From contig CAXRHT010000001.1 of NCBI GenBank assembly GCA_964230645.1, positions 64,001-128,000 on the forward strand: 64,000 nucleotides of DNA. Reading direction: 5' to 3'. The translations under genes and the position numbers were made by a program. Source of the stretch: Bdellovibrionales bacterium. Its GTDB lineage: Bacteria; Bdellovibrionota; Bdellovibrionia; Bdellovibrionales; JAGQZY01. Below the pieces are notes generated by a model. That model worked only from the letters and a program-made list of their open reading frames with translations, ran no database searches and had not been told where the DNA came from. Of the stretch, positions 29,626-38,817 are shown in pieces (the first letter of the stretch is position 1; the number at the start of each line of letters is the position of its first letter).

Positions 29626-30870
29626 GTGAAATACGTTCTTGCTGTTCTACTTTTGCTCTCTCCCCTCTCCCTTTTCGCCGCCTACGGAAATTTCAATACG
29701 GTCTTAATCGGTGAGCAAGCTTCGGGAATGGGTGGGGCTTACACTGCTATGAGTGGAGACTCCTCCTCCTCAGGATTTTATAATCCCGCTTCCCTGGTAA
29801 AATTGAGTGGAACCGACATCTCAGCTTCGGCCACCCTCTTTAATAAATACGACACCACTTACGGTGAGGGACAAAACTTTCTAGACGCTGGGGAAAGAGT
29901 GAACCGCGGCTTTTTTAGAACTCTCCCCTCTGCAATAGGAAACGTTTACCGCTGGAAAAAGTGGGCCTTTGGATTCAGTATTGTGGTTCCAGACTACGAC
30001 TTTTTCTCTGGGCGCTTGGCTGATGGACCTAACAAACAATCCCATCTCAGCTACACCGACGAGAGCCTATGGAGCGGGATTGTAGGCTCCTATAAAGCGA
30101 GTCCCAATGAAAGTTTTGGAATCTCTCTTTACTATACGGCTCGAAGCCTCATTCGCTCCACCCTGGATCGAACCATTGTTTCGCCCGCCCGAGAAATCAT
30201 CACCACTGAAGAAAAAAGCATTAAGCATAACGGAATCGTCATGGTTCTAGGCTACCTTTGGGACATCAACCCCAAGTGGTCCTTTGGCACCTCTATTCGC
30301 CCTCCGGCTCTGAGTATTTCAGGGCAGGGTTCTTTTTATCAAAACGTCACCGACACGGCCAACCTGCCCAGTGAAAGCATTCAAATTAGAAACGCGAGCG
30401 CTAAAACCTATATTCCCCCGCGCTACTCTTTGGGCTTTGTTTATCGACCCACAGCAGACCTGACCCTTTCACTGGATGGTAAGTACTACCTCGGCCACTC
30501 CTATCAGGATATGGATGTCCCGCAGGCAGCCGATCAAATCAACCACGTCGACACATGGAACGCTTCCCTTGGGATGGAAATGAAGTTCAGAGACCCTAAC
30601 TTCAACTGGCGTCTTGGGGTCTTTACCAATAACTCTTCCATGGCCGAAATTCCTGAAAACCCCACTGAGCGCGTGGGAGAGCGTATGCAGCTTTACGGTT
30701 TTTCAACCAACGTTAATTTTTTAGTGTCCGAGCACTCCAGCTACACCCTAGGGGGCTTTTACTCGGGCGGAAATGGTAAAAGTGCCCAAATAACAGGAAA
30801 CCAACTCACCCGCCTTGATAAAACCCACCATATTTTTTCTCTTCTTATTTCCACCTCCTACCAGTTTTAG
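29626..30870 (+). CDS. FadL/OmpP1-like outer-membrane transporter
   Basis: Signal peptide; GMGGAYTA...YNPASL N-terminal motif; terminal YQF. Confidence 0.75.
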   Translation: MKYVLAVLLLLSPLSLFAAYGNFNTVLIGEQASGMGGAYTAMSGDSSSSGFYNPASLVKLSGTDISASATLFNKYDTTYGEGQNFLDAGERVNRGFFRTLPSAIGNVYRWKKWAFGFSIVVPDYDFFSGRLADGPNKQSHLSYTDESLWSGIVGSYKASPNESFGISLYYTARSLIRSTLDRTIVSPAREIITTEEKSIKHNGIVMVLGYLWDINPKWSFGTSIRPPALSISGQGSFYQNVTDTANLPSESIQIRNASAKTYIPPRYSLGFVYRPTADLTLSLDGKYYLGHSYQDMDVPQAADQINHVDTWNASLGMEMKFRDPNFNWRLGVFTNNSSMAEIPENPTERVGERMQLYGFSTNVNFLVSEHSSYTLGGFYSGGNGKSAQITGNQLTRLDKTHHIFSLLISTSYQF

Positions 30871-30980
30871 GCCCTTTAGAGGCGCCTCTCACTGCACCCC
30901 GAATTGACTTTTCTCCAGTCCTTTTAAATAAATGGGCCATCAATTCCTATCAAATCCGTTGAAGGTTAAGGAGAAAAGAA

Positions 30981-32129
30981 ATGAGCCAACCCGCTATTAC
31001 TACCTGGAGTGAAGACGAAAAAGCCTTTCGCATGGCGATCCGTGAGTTCGCCGAGTCCGTGATCAAACCCAAAGTTCACGAAATGGACAAGAACCAACAG
31101 ATGGACCCTGAAATTGTTCAGCAACTTTTTCAAATGGGACTTATGGGTATCGAGTCTCCTGAGAAATTTGGAGGAGCCGAGTCCTCTTTTACGATGGCTT
31201 GTATCGCCATTGAAGAATTAGGAAGAATTGATGGATCGGTTTCTGTTCTTTGTGACGTACAAAATACTCTTGTAACCAACGCTTTCCTTAATTACGCCAA
31301 TGAGGAAATGAAAGAAAAATATCTTCCAAAACTCGCGAGCGAATGGGTGGGAGCCTACGCACTCTCAGAGAGTGGTTCAGGTTCCGATGCCTTTGCTCTT
31401 GGTTTAAAAGCCGAGGATAAAGGAGACAAATACGTTCTTAATGGTCACAAACTTTGGATCACGAACGGAAAAGAAGCGAGCCTATTCTTGGTTTTCGCCA
31501 ACCTTAATCCCGAGGCTGGCTACAAAGGTATTACCGGCTTTATCGTTGAAAAAGATTTCCCTGGTTTTTCCGTGGGTAAAAAAGAAGACAAGCTTGGAAT
31601 CCGCGCAAGCTCCACTTGCGAACTTCTTTTCGAGAACTGTGAAGTTCCCAAAGGAAACATCATCGGTGAAGTGGGTAAAGGTTATAAAATTGCTATTGAA
31701 ACACTGAACGAGGGCCGCATTGGAATTGGGGCTCAAATGATCGGTATTGCACAAGGCGCTTACGAAGCCGCTTTAAACTACGTGCAAGGTCGTGAACAGT
31801 TTGGAAAACCATTAGCAAAGTTTCAAGGCATTCAATTTCAACTGGCTGAAATGAGAACCGAACTTGAGGCCGCGAAACTGATGGTTTACAACGCCGCAAG
31901 ACTCAAAGACTCCGGTGAAGATTTTATTAAAGAGGCCGCGATGGCCAAGCTCTTCTCTTCGCAAGCTGCAGAGAAAATTACCTCCCTTGCCATTGATCTC
32001 TTCGGCGGAAATGGTTTTACTACCGAGTACCCTGTCGAGAAATACTGGAGAGACGCCAAAATTGGCCAGATCTATGAAGGAACGACCAATATGCAAAAGC
32101 AAACCATCGCCAAGTTGGAGATGAGTTAA
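30981..32129 (+). CDS. Short/branched-chain acyl-CoA dehydrogenase
   Basis: YALSESGSGSDA, LNGHKLWITN, KLGIRASST, REQFGK and IGQIYEGT motifs. Confidence 0.95.
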   Translation: MSQPAITTWSEDEKAFRMAIREFAESVIKPKVHEMDKNQQMDPEIVQQLFQMGLMGIESPEKFGGAESSFTMACIAIEELGRIDGSVSVLCDVQNTLVTNAFLNYANEEMKEKYLPKLASEWVGAYALSESGSGSDAFALGLKAEDKGDKYVLNGHKLWITNGKEASLFLVFANLNPEAGYKGITGFIVEKDFPGFSVGKKEDKLGIRASSTCELLFENCEVPKGNIIGEVGKGYKIAIETLNEGRIGIGAQMIGIAQGAYEAALNYVQGREQFGKPLAKFQGIQFQLAEMRTELEAAKLMVYNAARLKDSGEDFIKEAAMAKLFSSQAAEKITSLAIDLFGGNGFTTEYPVEKYWRDAKIGQIYEGTTNMQKQTIAKLEMS

Positions 32130-32203
32130 CCATAAAGAAAACCCAGTGCTACCTTTCATTGAGGTGGCACTTAATCAAGGTTCAAGAAGATCTCACTGGC
32201 TAT

Positions 32204-32365
32204 AGGTCCTTCGGCTCCGCCTCAGGACGACAATCGAGAATTCTGTCATTCTGAACATTCTGTCTTTTTGTCATTCTGAACATTCTGGCTTTCTGTCATT
32301 CTGAATATTCTGTCTTTTTGTCATTCTGAGCGTAGCGAAGAATCTGTCGCCACTAAGTTTCCGTC
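32204..32365. repeat. REP cluster with 25-nt tandem stutter
   Basis: Inverted REP at 32204-32232; three 25-nt units TT(C/T)TGTCATTCTGAA(C/T)ATTCTG(T/G)CT leading into a full REP ending at 32345. Confidence 0.88.
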
Positions 32366-32627
32366 CCTACTCTTAGTCCTTTACGGGAAGTCTTCTAGCC
32401 TTTCCACTCCTATCCTATCCCATCGCACCCTCTGGAAAAACCACTCTGTCGTTCCCACACAACCCATAAATGCCCCATCTGACGGCCTTTCGCGGAAAGT
32501 GTCTAAATTTTTCAAAAAGCCAGGCCTTAGTCCTAAGTAATCTAAAAAATTTAGCTTTCAGCTAAAAGTTTGTAAAAAACTTATCAAAGTCTTTAAGACT
32601 TTGTATCAGTCCACCGTACTTAAGGGC

Positions 32628-34421
32628 ATGAAAGCAAGACTAAAGTTATCCACCCTTGTCCGCATCAGTTTAACATTAGGGCTTCTCATCTTGGCCCTTC
32701 CCTCACAAGCCTTCGAGCAGTACTGGCAATGTTCCAGTCGGCAAGGCGGCGATTGGAGTTTTGGAAGAGCCCCTTCTATTTGTCTGGTCGACCATATGCA
32801 GACCCAAGATTTTGTGAAGTCTCAATATGATCCAATTCTTTTCAAAGACTCTCTTTCACGAACTAATGAAAGAAAAAGATATATCACTGAACTCAATGCG
32901 CTCGCAAAAGAAGTGGCGCGCTACTATTTACAAAAAAGAAAACCCGGAGTGAGCGAGGCAGAAATCGCCGCCTTCACGAAAGGTCTTCTCACTTTGATGC
33001 ATCAAGAAACCGTTTGGTCCCATTACCGTAGAAGCACTGACGGTCGAGTGCGCTATATGAGAGGTGATTTTGGTCACGGTCATGGACTTATGCAGGTCGA
33101 TGATCGCTCCCACCAAACCGCACTCCTGCAGGGAAAGGGTGCTGACCTAATTCATAATATGATGTACGGCCTCGATGTCTTTTATGGTGAGTGGCAAAGA
33201 GCTCCAAGCCAATACTGTGTGAATGGGCCCACGGATTATAAGAATCGTATTCGCTCGGCTTGGGCCGCTTACAACGGTGGACCCGGACGCATTTGTCGTT
33301 GGACAAGCACGACCGGAACCTACGCGCACCACGACAAGGACTTTTTAAGTAAGCTCAACAATCAGGTTTTTAAAAACTATGTTACCACTGAAAATAAAGA
33401 AACCGCTCTTAACGTGCAGTGTTTGAGCGAAGGCTCCCGTCCCTGTGCCAATACAGGCACCAGCACAAAACCCGTTCAACCAAAAGAGGGTCAGCTTTAT
33501 CAAGTGGGCTCTGGTTTTTACTGTCTCGTTAAAGGCGATGAACTTCAGTGTGTGGATCGTTTAAACGACGTTAATTGCCTTAACTTACGAGATAGCACCA
33601 ACTATGCCTCGCAAGGTAGCCTTTCTGAGGAACAGTTAAAAAACTTCTCCATTCGCCATTACGATCGCAACTCGATTTGTCAGGCTTCCGTGGATGGTCT
33701 AATTTCTATTAGCTCCGAAATTGAACTTCAAAAAAGTATTAACTTAAGAAGGACACCCGCTGGAGAGTTAGCCACGACGGTTCCTCAAGGCAGCAAACTT
33801 AAAATTCTTGATTTTGAAGTGACCAGCACGGCCGAGCAATTTCGGTACTACAAGCTTAATTACGAGGGAGTTGAAGGCTATGTTTACGCCGGTGATCTTT
33901 CCTCTCACCCTGAGTGGGCTGTGGAGGTAGAAGATATGACCTCTGGAAGCCTCTTAGCTAATATCGGTGAAAGTCTAGAAGTCAAAGCCCCTTACGGAAT
34001 CAATCAACGAGCCACTCCTAATGGACGCTATCTGCAGCGAATTCCTGTGGGCACTCAGGTGCAAGTTCTTGATCGTATCGTTAGAGGAAACGCGAACTAT
34101 CTTTATTATAAAGTCTCTTATAACAACTTAACCGGTTATATTTACTCGGGTTACTTAACCAATTTAGAGAGTGTTTCTTACTGGACCTCAAAACTTGATA
34201 ACAAGAAATCTCTGCTTTCGCTTTCTCAAAACCAAGCTTATCAGTACTTAAAAGAGTGCCCTGAGAGCTCTTGCTCCTACTCTGAGGCTTACCTTGAATC
34301 CGATAAAGAAAACGATCAAGTTGAAGTGGTGGAAGAAAAGTCCGGTTGGTCTCTTGTGGTTAACCGCACTAAAAATAAAAAGGGATGGATTCGCAACTCA
34401 CAACTTGAGCAAAATCACTAA
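32628..34421 (+). CDS. Secreted goose-type (GH23) lysozyme with C-terminal SH3-like domains
   Basis: HQET catalytic Glu, GDFGHGHGLMQVDDRSH and AAYNGGPG; INLRRTP/INQRATP..YYK..Y....GY.Y repeats and a terminal GWI SH3b. ATG at 32628. Confidence 0.82.
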   Translation: MKARLKLSTLVRISLTLGLLILALPSQAFEQYWQCSSRQGGDWSFGRAPSICLVDHMQTQDFVKSQYDPILFKDSLSRTNERKRYITELNALAKEVARYYLQKRKPGVSEAEIAAFTKGLLTLMHQETVWSHYRRSTDGRVRYMRGDFGHGHGLMQVDDRSHQTALLQGKGADLIHNMMYGLDVFYGEWQRAPSQYCVNGPTDYKNRIRSAWAAYNGGPGRICRWTSTTGTYAHHDKDFLSKLNNQVFKNYVTTENKETALNVQCLSEGSRPCANTGTSTKPVQPKEGQLYQVGSGFYCLVKGDELQCVDRLNDVNCLNLRDSTNYASQGSLSEEQLKNFSIRHYDRNSICQASVDGLISISSEIELQKSINLRRTPAGELATTVPQGSKLKILDFEVTSTAEQFRYYKLNYEGVEGYVYAGDLSSHPEWAVEVEDMTSGSLLANIGESLEVKAPYGINQRATPNGRYLQRIPVGTQVQVLDRIVRGNANYLYYKVSYNNLTGYIYSGYLTNLESVSYWTSKLDNKKSLLSLSQNQAYQYLKECPESSCSYSEAYLESDKENDQVEVVEEKSGWSLVVNRTKNKKGWIRNSQLEQNH

Positions 34422-34433
34422 GGAGTTTCGGTC

Positions 34434-35279
34434 ATGTTAAAAAAGGATCACTTTATTTACCTTGCCCCTGCCGTTCTATTTATGGCAGGTGCCGTCCTAA
34501 TGTTTTCCAATCAGGACCCAGCCTCTACAGCTGAAAATTATCAGCAAAGCCCTCAACCCAGAGTTGAAAGATCCGTCGCTTCCAAGAAAAAGGAAGCCGC
34601 TCAGAGCTCATCAAATGTCGTTAAAAAGAAGTCTGTTAATCAAAAGAAAACCTCAAAAGTTAGGCTCCCCGTTTTTGATCCTAATAAAAATCTCTCTGAT
34701 CAATTCTCCGATCTTAAGAAAATCGAGGAGTGTTACCAAAATGAGGGAAGCTGTGGTTTTCCCATGACCGATCCCAAGTCTGAGTTTTTCGCCATTGGTC
34801 AGCGTTTAAAAACAGACCTTTTAAAATTACAAAATGAAGTGATGGACCAACAAAGAAAAGATGAGCAGATCTCAGAGATGGCTCGTCATTTTCTAAAGAT
34901 TGCCGATGGCCATGTAAAAGAGGCGGCTCTTCATCTCATGGCCACCCAAGAACCCAGTGAAGACAACTTAGAAAGTCTTCTTAATGACATTATCGCCTAC
35001 CACGATGCTAAACTTATACAACAAGGAATGCTGGAGCTAAGGCGTTATCTTGGCAACAAACAAAACGAATCCAAAATTCACCAGGCTCTCGCGAATGCTA
35101 TGCGCACGGGTTCCCCTTTTGTAGCCGAACAAATCTCAAAAAATCTCAATGCTTTTATTAATGAAGACTCTTTACCTCTCTATATGAAGACGATGAGTCA
35201 ACTCTCTAAAGGAAGCCACACTCATAAAAACTTAAAAAACGCCATCAACGATTACCAAAGACTCCTACAGTCCGCGTAA
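34434..35279 (+). CDS. Membrane-anchored helical (HEAT-like) hypothetical protein, partner of the lysozyme gene
   Basis: AAGGAG RBS, start 12 nt after the lysozyme stop; N-terminal TM, basic linker and Cys pair. Confidence 0.7.
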   Translation: MLKKDHFIYLAPAVLFMAGAVLMFSNQDPASTAENYQQSPQPRVERSVASKKKEAAQSSSNVVKKKSVNQKKTSKVRLPVFDPNKNLSDQFSDLKKIEECYQNEGSCGFPMTDPKSEFFAIGQRLKTDLLKLQNEVMDQQRKDEQISEMARHFLKIADGHVKEAALHLMATQEPSEDNLESLLNDIIAYHDAKLIQQGMLELRRYLGNKQNESKIHQALANAMRTGSPFVAEQISKNLNAFINEDSLPLYMKTMSQLSKGSHTHKNLKNAINDYQRLLQSA

Positions 35280-35359
35280 CCAAAAGGGATCGGATCCCAT
35301 TGGTAGCGATAGTGCGTCGAAAATGCTGCACATGCGCTACCAAAGGGAAGCAGGTACCT

Positions 35360-36610
35360 TTAGGGGATCATGTTTTGAGCGGCGATCCAGGCGGTGGTCC
35401 AAGCGTTTTGAAAGTTGAAGCCTCCTGTGATGCCGTCGACATCCAGAATTTCTCCGGCGAAATAAATACCGGGTGCTTTTTTACTTTCCATGGTTTTAAA
35501 ATTGATTTCTTTTAAAGCCACTCCCCCACATTCCACAAACTCCTCTTTGAATCGACTCTGGCCGTTGATTTCAAAATTTGTGTTTTTAAGGGTCTCGGTC
35601 ACTTTGCTCATTTCTTTTTTTGTAATATTAGCCCACTGCTTTTCTTGATCGATCTTAAGAAAATTCAACAAACGAAACCAAAACCTTTTAGGGAGAACTT
35701 CCGGATAAACATTTTTAATCAAACTTTTGGCATTGTCTTTTTTTAAAGTTTCAAGCTTCTCTACTAAATCTAGCCTCTCCATTGATCCCAACCAATCCAC
35801 GCTGAGAGTGGCATTGTATTGCGCTGTTTTCATCTCTCGAGCGGCCCAAGCCGAGAGTTTAAGGACAGCCGGACCACTGAGTCCCCAATGAGTGATCAAG
35901 GTGGGTCCGGCTTGTTTAAAGTTCTTCTTAGGAGGAACTTTTAATTTCAATTGGGTATTGGGAAAACTCAAACCTTGTAATTCCTCAAGGAGAGGGTGGG
36001 AAATTTTGAAAGTAAATAAGGACGGCGCTCTTTCCGTAATTTTATGCCCAAGAGAGGTCGCTAACTTATAGCCCCCTTCTGCACTTCCTGTCGCGATAAG
36101 AACCTTATCACAGTCAAAGACCTCGTCTTTTTGATTGATCAAACTCCACCGCCCCTCCTGGGCTCGTTGCAATTTTTTGATAGCCGAGCGTTGCCGGATC
36201 TCTATCCCCAAAGCTTCACACTGTTCAAGGTAGGTTTCGATAATCGTTTCGGAGCTATTGCTGTCTGGGAACATACGCCCATCACTTTCTGGGACAATTT
36301 TCACGCCATAATCAGCAAACCAATCAATGGTGTCTTTGGCCTGAAACTGGTTCATAGGTGAGAGAAGCTCTCTTTGACCCCGCGGGTAGTTTTCACAAAA
36401 CTTGTTCACCTCAAAAAGGTTATGAGTCACGTTACAGCGTCCCCCACCGGAAATCCTAACCTTTTTTAAAAGTTGAGAGCTGGACTCAAAGATCACGATA
36501 TGAGCCGTCTGCTGAGCTTTTCTAGCCTTTTTCGCGGCATTGATCGCACAAAAAAAACCGGCGGCTCCTCCGCCAATAATTGCAATAGAAATCGGTCCAC
36601 TATCTACCAT
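35360..36610 (-). CDS. HI0933/YhiN/BaiN family flavoprotein
   Basis: IIGGGAAG, KVRISGGGRCNVT, GRMFP, THWGLSGPAVL and GEILDVDGITGGFNFQNAW motifs. ATG at 36610. Confidence 0.92.
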   Translation of the reverse strand: MVDSGPISIAIIGGGAAGFFCAINAAKKARKAQQTAHIVIFESSSQLLKKVRISGGGRCNVTHNLFEVNKFCENYPRGQRELLSPMNQFQAKDTIDWFADYGVKIVPESDGRMFPDSNSSETIIETYLEQCEALGIEIRQRSAIKKLQRAQEGRWSLINQKDEVFDCDKVLIATGSAEGGYKLATSLGHKITERAPSLFTFKISHPLLEELQGLSFPNTQLKLKVPPKKNFKQAGPTLITHWGLSGPAVLKLSAWAAREMKTAQYNATLSVDWLGSMERLDLVEKLETLKKDNAKSLIKNVYPEVLPKRFWFRLLNFLKIDQEKQWANITKKEMSKVTETLKNTNFEINGQSRFKEEFVECGGVALKEINFKTMESKKAPGIYFAGEILDVDGITGGFNFQNAWTTAWIAAQNMIP

Positions 36611-37044
36611 GAGAGCCAACAGTATGTCTGAAAAGAGGCAAACTGTCGACTAGGAAAAAATTATTGGAATTAAATAGAACGTTTTTCACATAGTCATCCT
36701 GACCAAGGGGAAGGATCTTTTTCCACAGAATAGCAGAACTTAAATACTCCTGGTACTTTTCTAGGTAATGGGACTACTTTCCAAGAGAGTCTAGACGTGA
36801 TTCTTTCGCTTAAAAAGTCGTAAACCATAGTAAATTTTCAAGATTTTAGCCTTTAAAAGAGTAGAGGGGAAACACTTTAGATGCTGGATGAACCAACTCA
36901 AGACGGAAGTTTATATCGAATACTCTATTTACATATGTCTACAATTTTTGTTATTGATACTCATATCATTTTTAACCTTGCATCCCTTTCAATATAGTTG
37001 GTACGTAATTTGTATCTAAAGCTAGATAAACAAGGAGTATTAAA

Positions 37045-37740
37045 ATGAACTTTCTGAAAATTGCCTTTCTGTTTAAGGTGGTTTGTATCTTCAGTAGTAT
37101 TGCTATTGCGAATGAAAACTGTGATCTTGCGTATCAAGAACTAGAAGCTGCTCAAACTTTTTCTGAAACTGCTCCTCAAGAACTAAATCGTACTCGAAAT
37201 CGTCTTCGTGGGTATCAAGATCAACTTGCTGGACTCAACTGTGGAGGCATATACGACAATGCATTAGCTGGAAAATGTGCTAGAACTCGCAATATAATTG
37301 AAGTCCAAGCCGAATGGCTGCAAGACATGAGAGAAGAGGTAGAGAATTATTTTAATCCCAAAATGGGAGAGAGAGCCTATCAAAACCTTTTTAATAATCA
37401 TTCAGAGACAGATGTTTTCGACTCGCTATATGGTGCATTACATCCACATCGAACGAGCTATAATAGAAGATTATCCATGAAAGAGAATCATGAAAGAGCG
37501 TGGGCAAATGGTGGATGTAATAATTTATCTCAAGAAATTCTTAGGAATTATTTGGAAGCTAATCGAAATGCAAGTGACTGCAATATTTTGCCCACTTTTG
37601 TTGAAGAACTCAGATCTTCTTTATCCGAATTATCTGCCGTAAGCGTGCAAGAATTCGTGAACACTAAACAATCAGAATATATTCAGTGTGTAGAGAGTTT
37701 GATTCCTGAAAACCAAAAAAACTCTACAGTGACCGAATAA
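37045..37740 (+). CDS. Hypothetical secreted coiled-coil protein with 6 Cys in the mature part
   Basis: AAGGAG RBS, signal peptide (ending AIA) and sigma54-like TGGTACGTAATTTGTA at 36999-37014. Confidence 0.8.
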   Translation: MNFLKIAFLFKVVCIFSSIAIANENCDLAYQELEAAQTFSETAPQELNRTRNRLRGYQDQLAGLNCGGIYDNALAGKCARTRNIIEVQAEWLQDMREEVENYFNPKMGERAYQNLFNNHSETDVFDSLYGALHPHRTSYNRRLSMKENHERAWANGGCNNLSQEILRNYLEANRNASDCNILPTFVEELRSSLSELSAVSVQEFVNTKQSEYIQCVESLIPENQKNSTVTE

Positions 37741-37945
37741 AAACTAGTCGTCCAAAATCGACAACAGTAAAAGGGGGATCAAGTTTCGATTTCCCACCGA
37801 AGTCTAGTAGGTCAGAGAGCTGGCTCTTAACCAGGTTTTGAAGTGAAAGAAACATCGGAAAAATTGACTTCGTCTCTTGCAAATATTGGCCATTTTTTCA
37901 AATATTCCCTTGAGGGTCCTTCCCTGGAAAGATTCTTCGCTTCAC

Positions 37946-37987
37946 TCAGAATGACACTTGAACGGAAATCGGTTTATCGTTCAACAT
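37946..37987 (-). pseudogene. 5' remnant of the HI0933-family gene, truncated by a REP
   Basis: MLNDKPISV aligns without gaps to MVDSGPISI of 35360..36610; the stop codon falls inside the REP. Confidence 0.45.
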
Positions 37988-38046
37988 CAGAGCCTCCAGT
38001 ATGTCTTAAAAGTGAGAAACTGTCGACTAGGAAAAAAGAGTCAGAA

Positions 38047-38772
38047 TTAGACAGGGCATTGCCCGGCTGTGAAATTGCTATTTCTATGCCCTTTAAAATG
38101 AATCCGGTGCTTTTTGCCAAAGGATTGCGGTTTTAATAGAAAAACAAAAAAACACTCACTACCGAGATGGCGTTGGCATTTTAGTTCTTCCCGTTGACTG
38201 GCGGGGAGAAAAGCTTGTGATTTCACTTCACCAGGGGTATCCACGGTCAGCTGATTTCGTAGGTAAAAGGAGGGATTTGAGGGAAGCTCATGTTTCTTAA
38301 GTTCTACAGCAAAAAGGCCTGCAAAGTTTTTGTATAGAGATTTCTTCTCTAGAAAACGAAGGTGGAAAGAAACCTGTGAACGGCAACGACTCACTGGTGT
38401 TTCGCCCACAAGCCACAGAGATTGGGGGTCGACATCCTTAAATTGCTGAGGCCTTAGACTCACCTCTGAAACCTTGTCTGATACTTCAAGGATGAGGGGC
38501 GCTTTATTAGGATCTTTTAATAAAACCACTAACTCTAATTTTTGATGGGGGTATTTTACTCTTGAGAGCTCAACGGAAGTATTACCTTCGGTTTTTTTGG
38601 AAGCTCGCCCTCTAAAGCCCAGCTTTAAAGGACGCAATTCTTTACCCCACTTAACTTTCAAATTGGGAATTTTTTGGATCTGTTCGGCTGGGGCTGAACC
38701 CAAGAGTTTCAACGAATAAATAATCACGAAACTGCATAGAAAAAAAGATCGAATCATTGTAGCTTTCCCCAT
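38047..38772 (-). CDS. Hypothetical secreted basic protein
   Basis: 241-aa ORF with an N-terminal hydrophobic segment; no recognised motif. Confidence 0.65.
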   Translation of the reverse strand: MGKATMIRSFFLCSFVIIYSLKLLGSAPAEQIQKIPNLKVKWGKELRPLKLGFRGRASKKTEGNTSVELSRVKYPHQKLELVVLLKDPNKAPLILEVSDKVSEVSLRPQQFKDVDPQSLWLVGETPVSRCRSQVSFHLRFLEKKSLYKNFAGLFAVELKKHELPSNPSFYLRNQLTVDTPGEVKSQAFLPASQREELKCQRHLGSECFFVFLLKPQSFGKKHRIHFKGHRNSNFTAGQCPV

Positions 38773-38817
38773 AAAACTGAGGGAAAGCTTTTAAGGCTCT
38801 CCCCGGATTTTTTTACT

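Larger units (their letters stand above)
36661..38037. mobile_element. Putative 1377-bp insertion: inverted REPs around a cargo gene, bounded by a direct repeat
   Basis: Ungapped direct repeat 36588-36660 vs 37965-38037; REP-like arms at 36693-36718 (forward) and 37930-37956 (reverse); AT-rich interior. Confidence 0.55.

Noticed and set aside
37860..37930. Possible GIY-YIG nuclease remnant (SREYLKKW) next to the REP
   Set aside because: Only a few residues resemble the family motif and no N-terminal GIY/YIG motifs are present.
37843..38136. 97-aa plus-strand ORF (MKETSEK...RFFASLRMT...)
   Set aside because: Reads through a REP (RFFASLRMT is the REP translation) and the duplicated promoter, and overlaps a real minus-strand gene; likely spurious.
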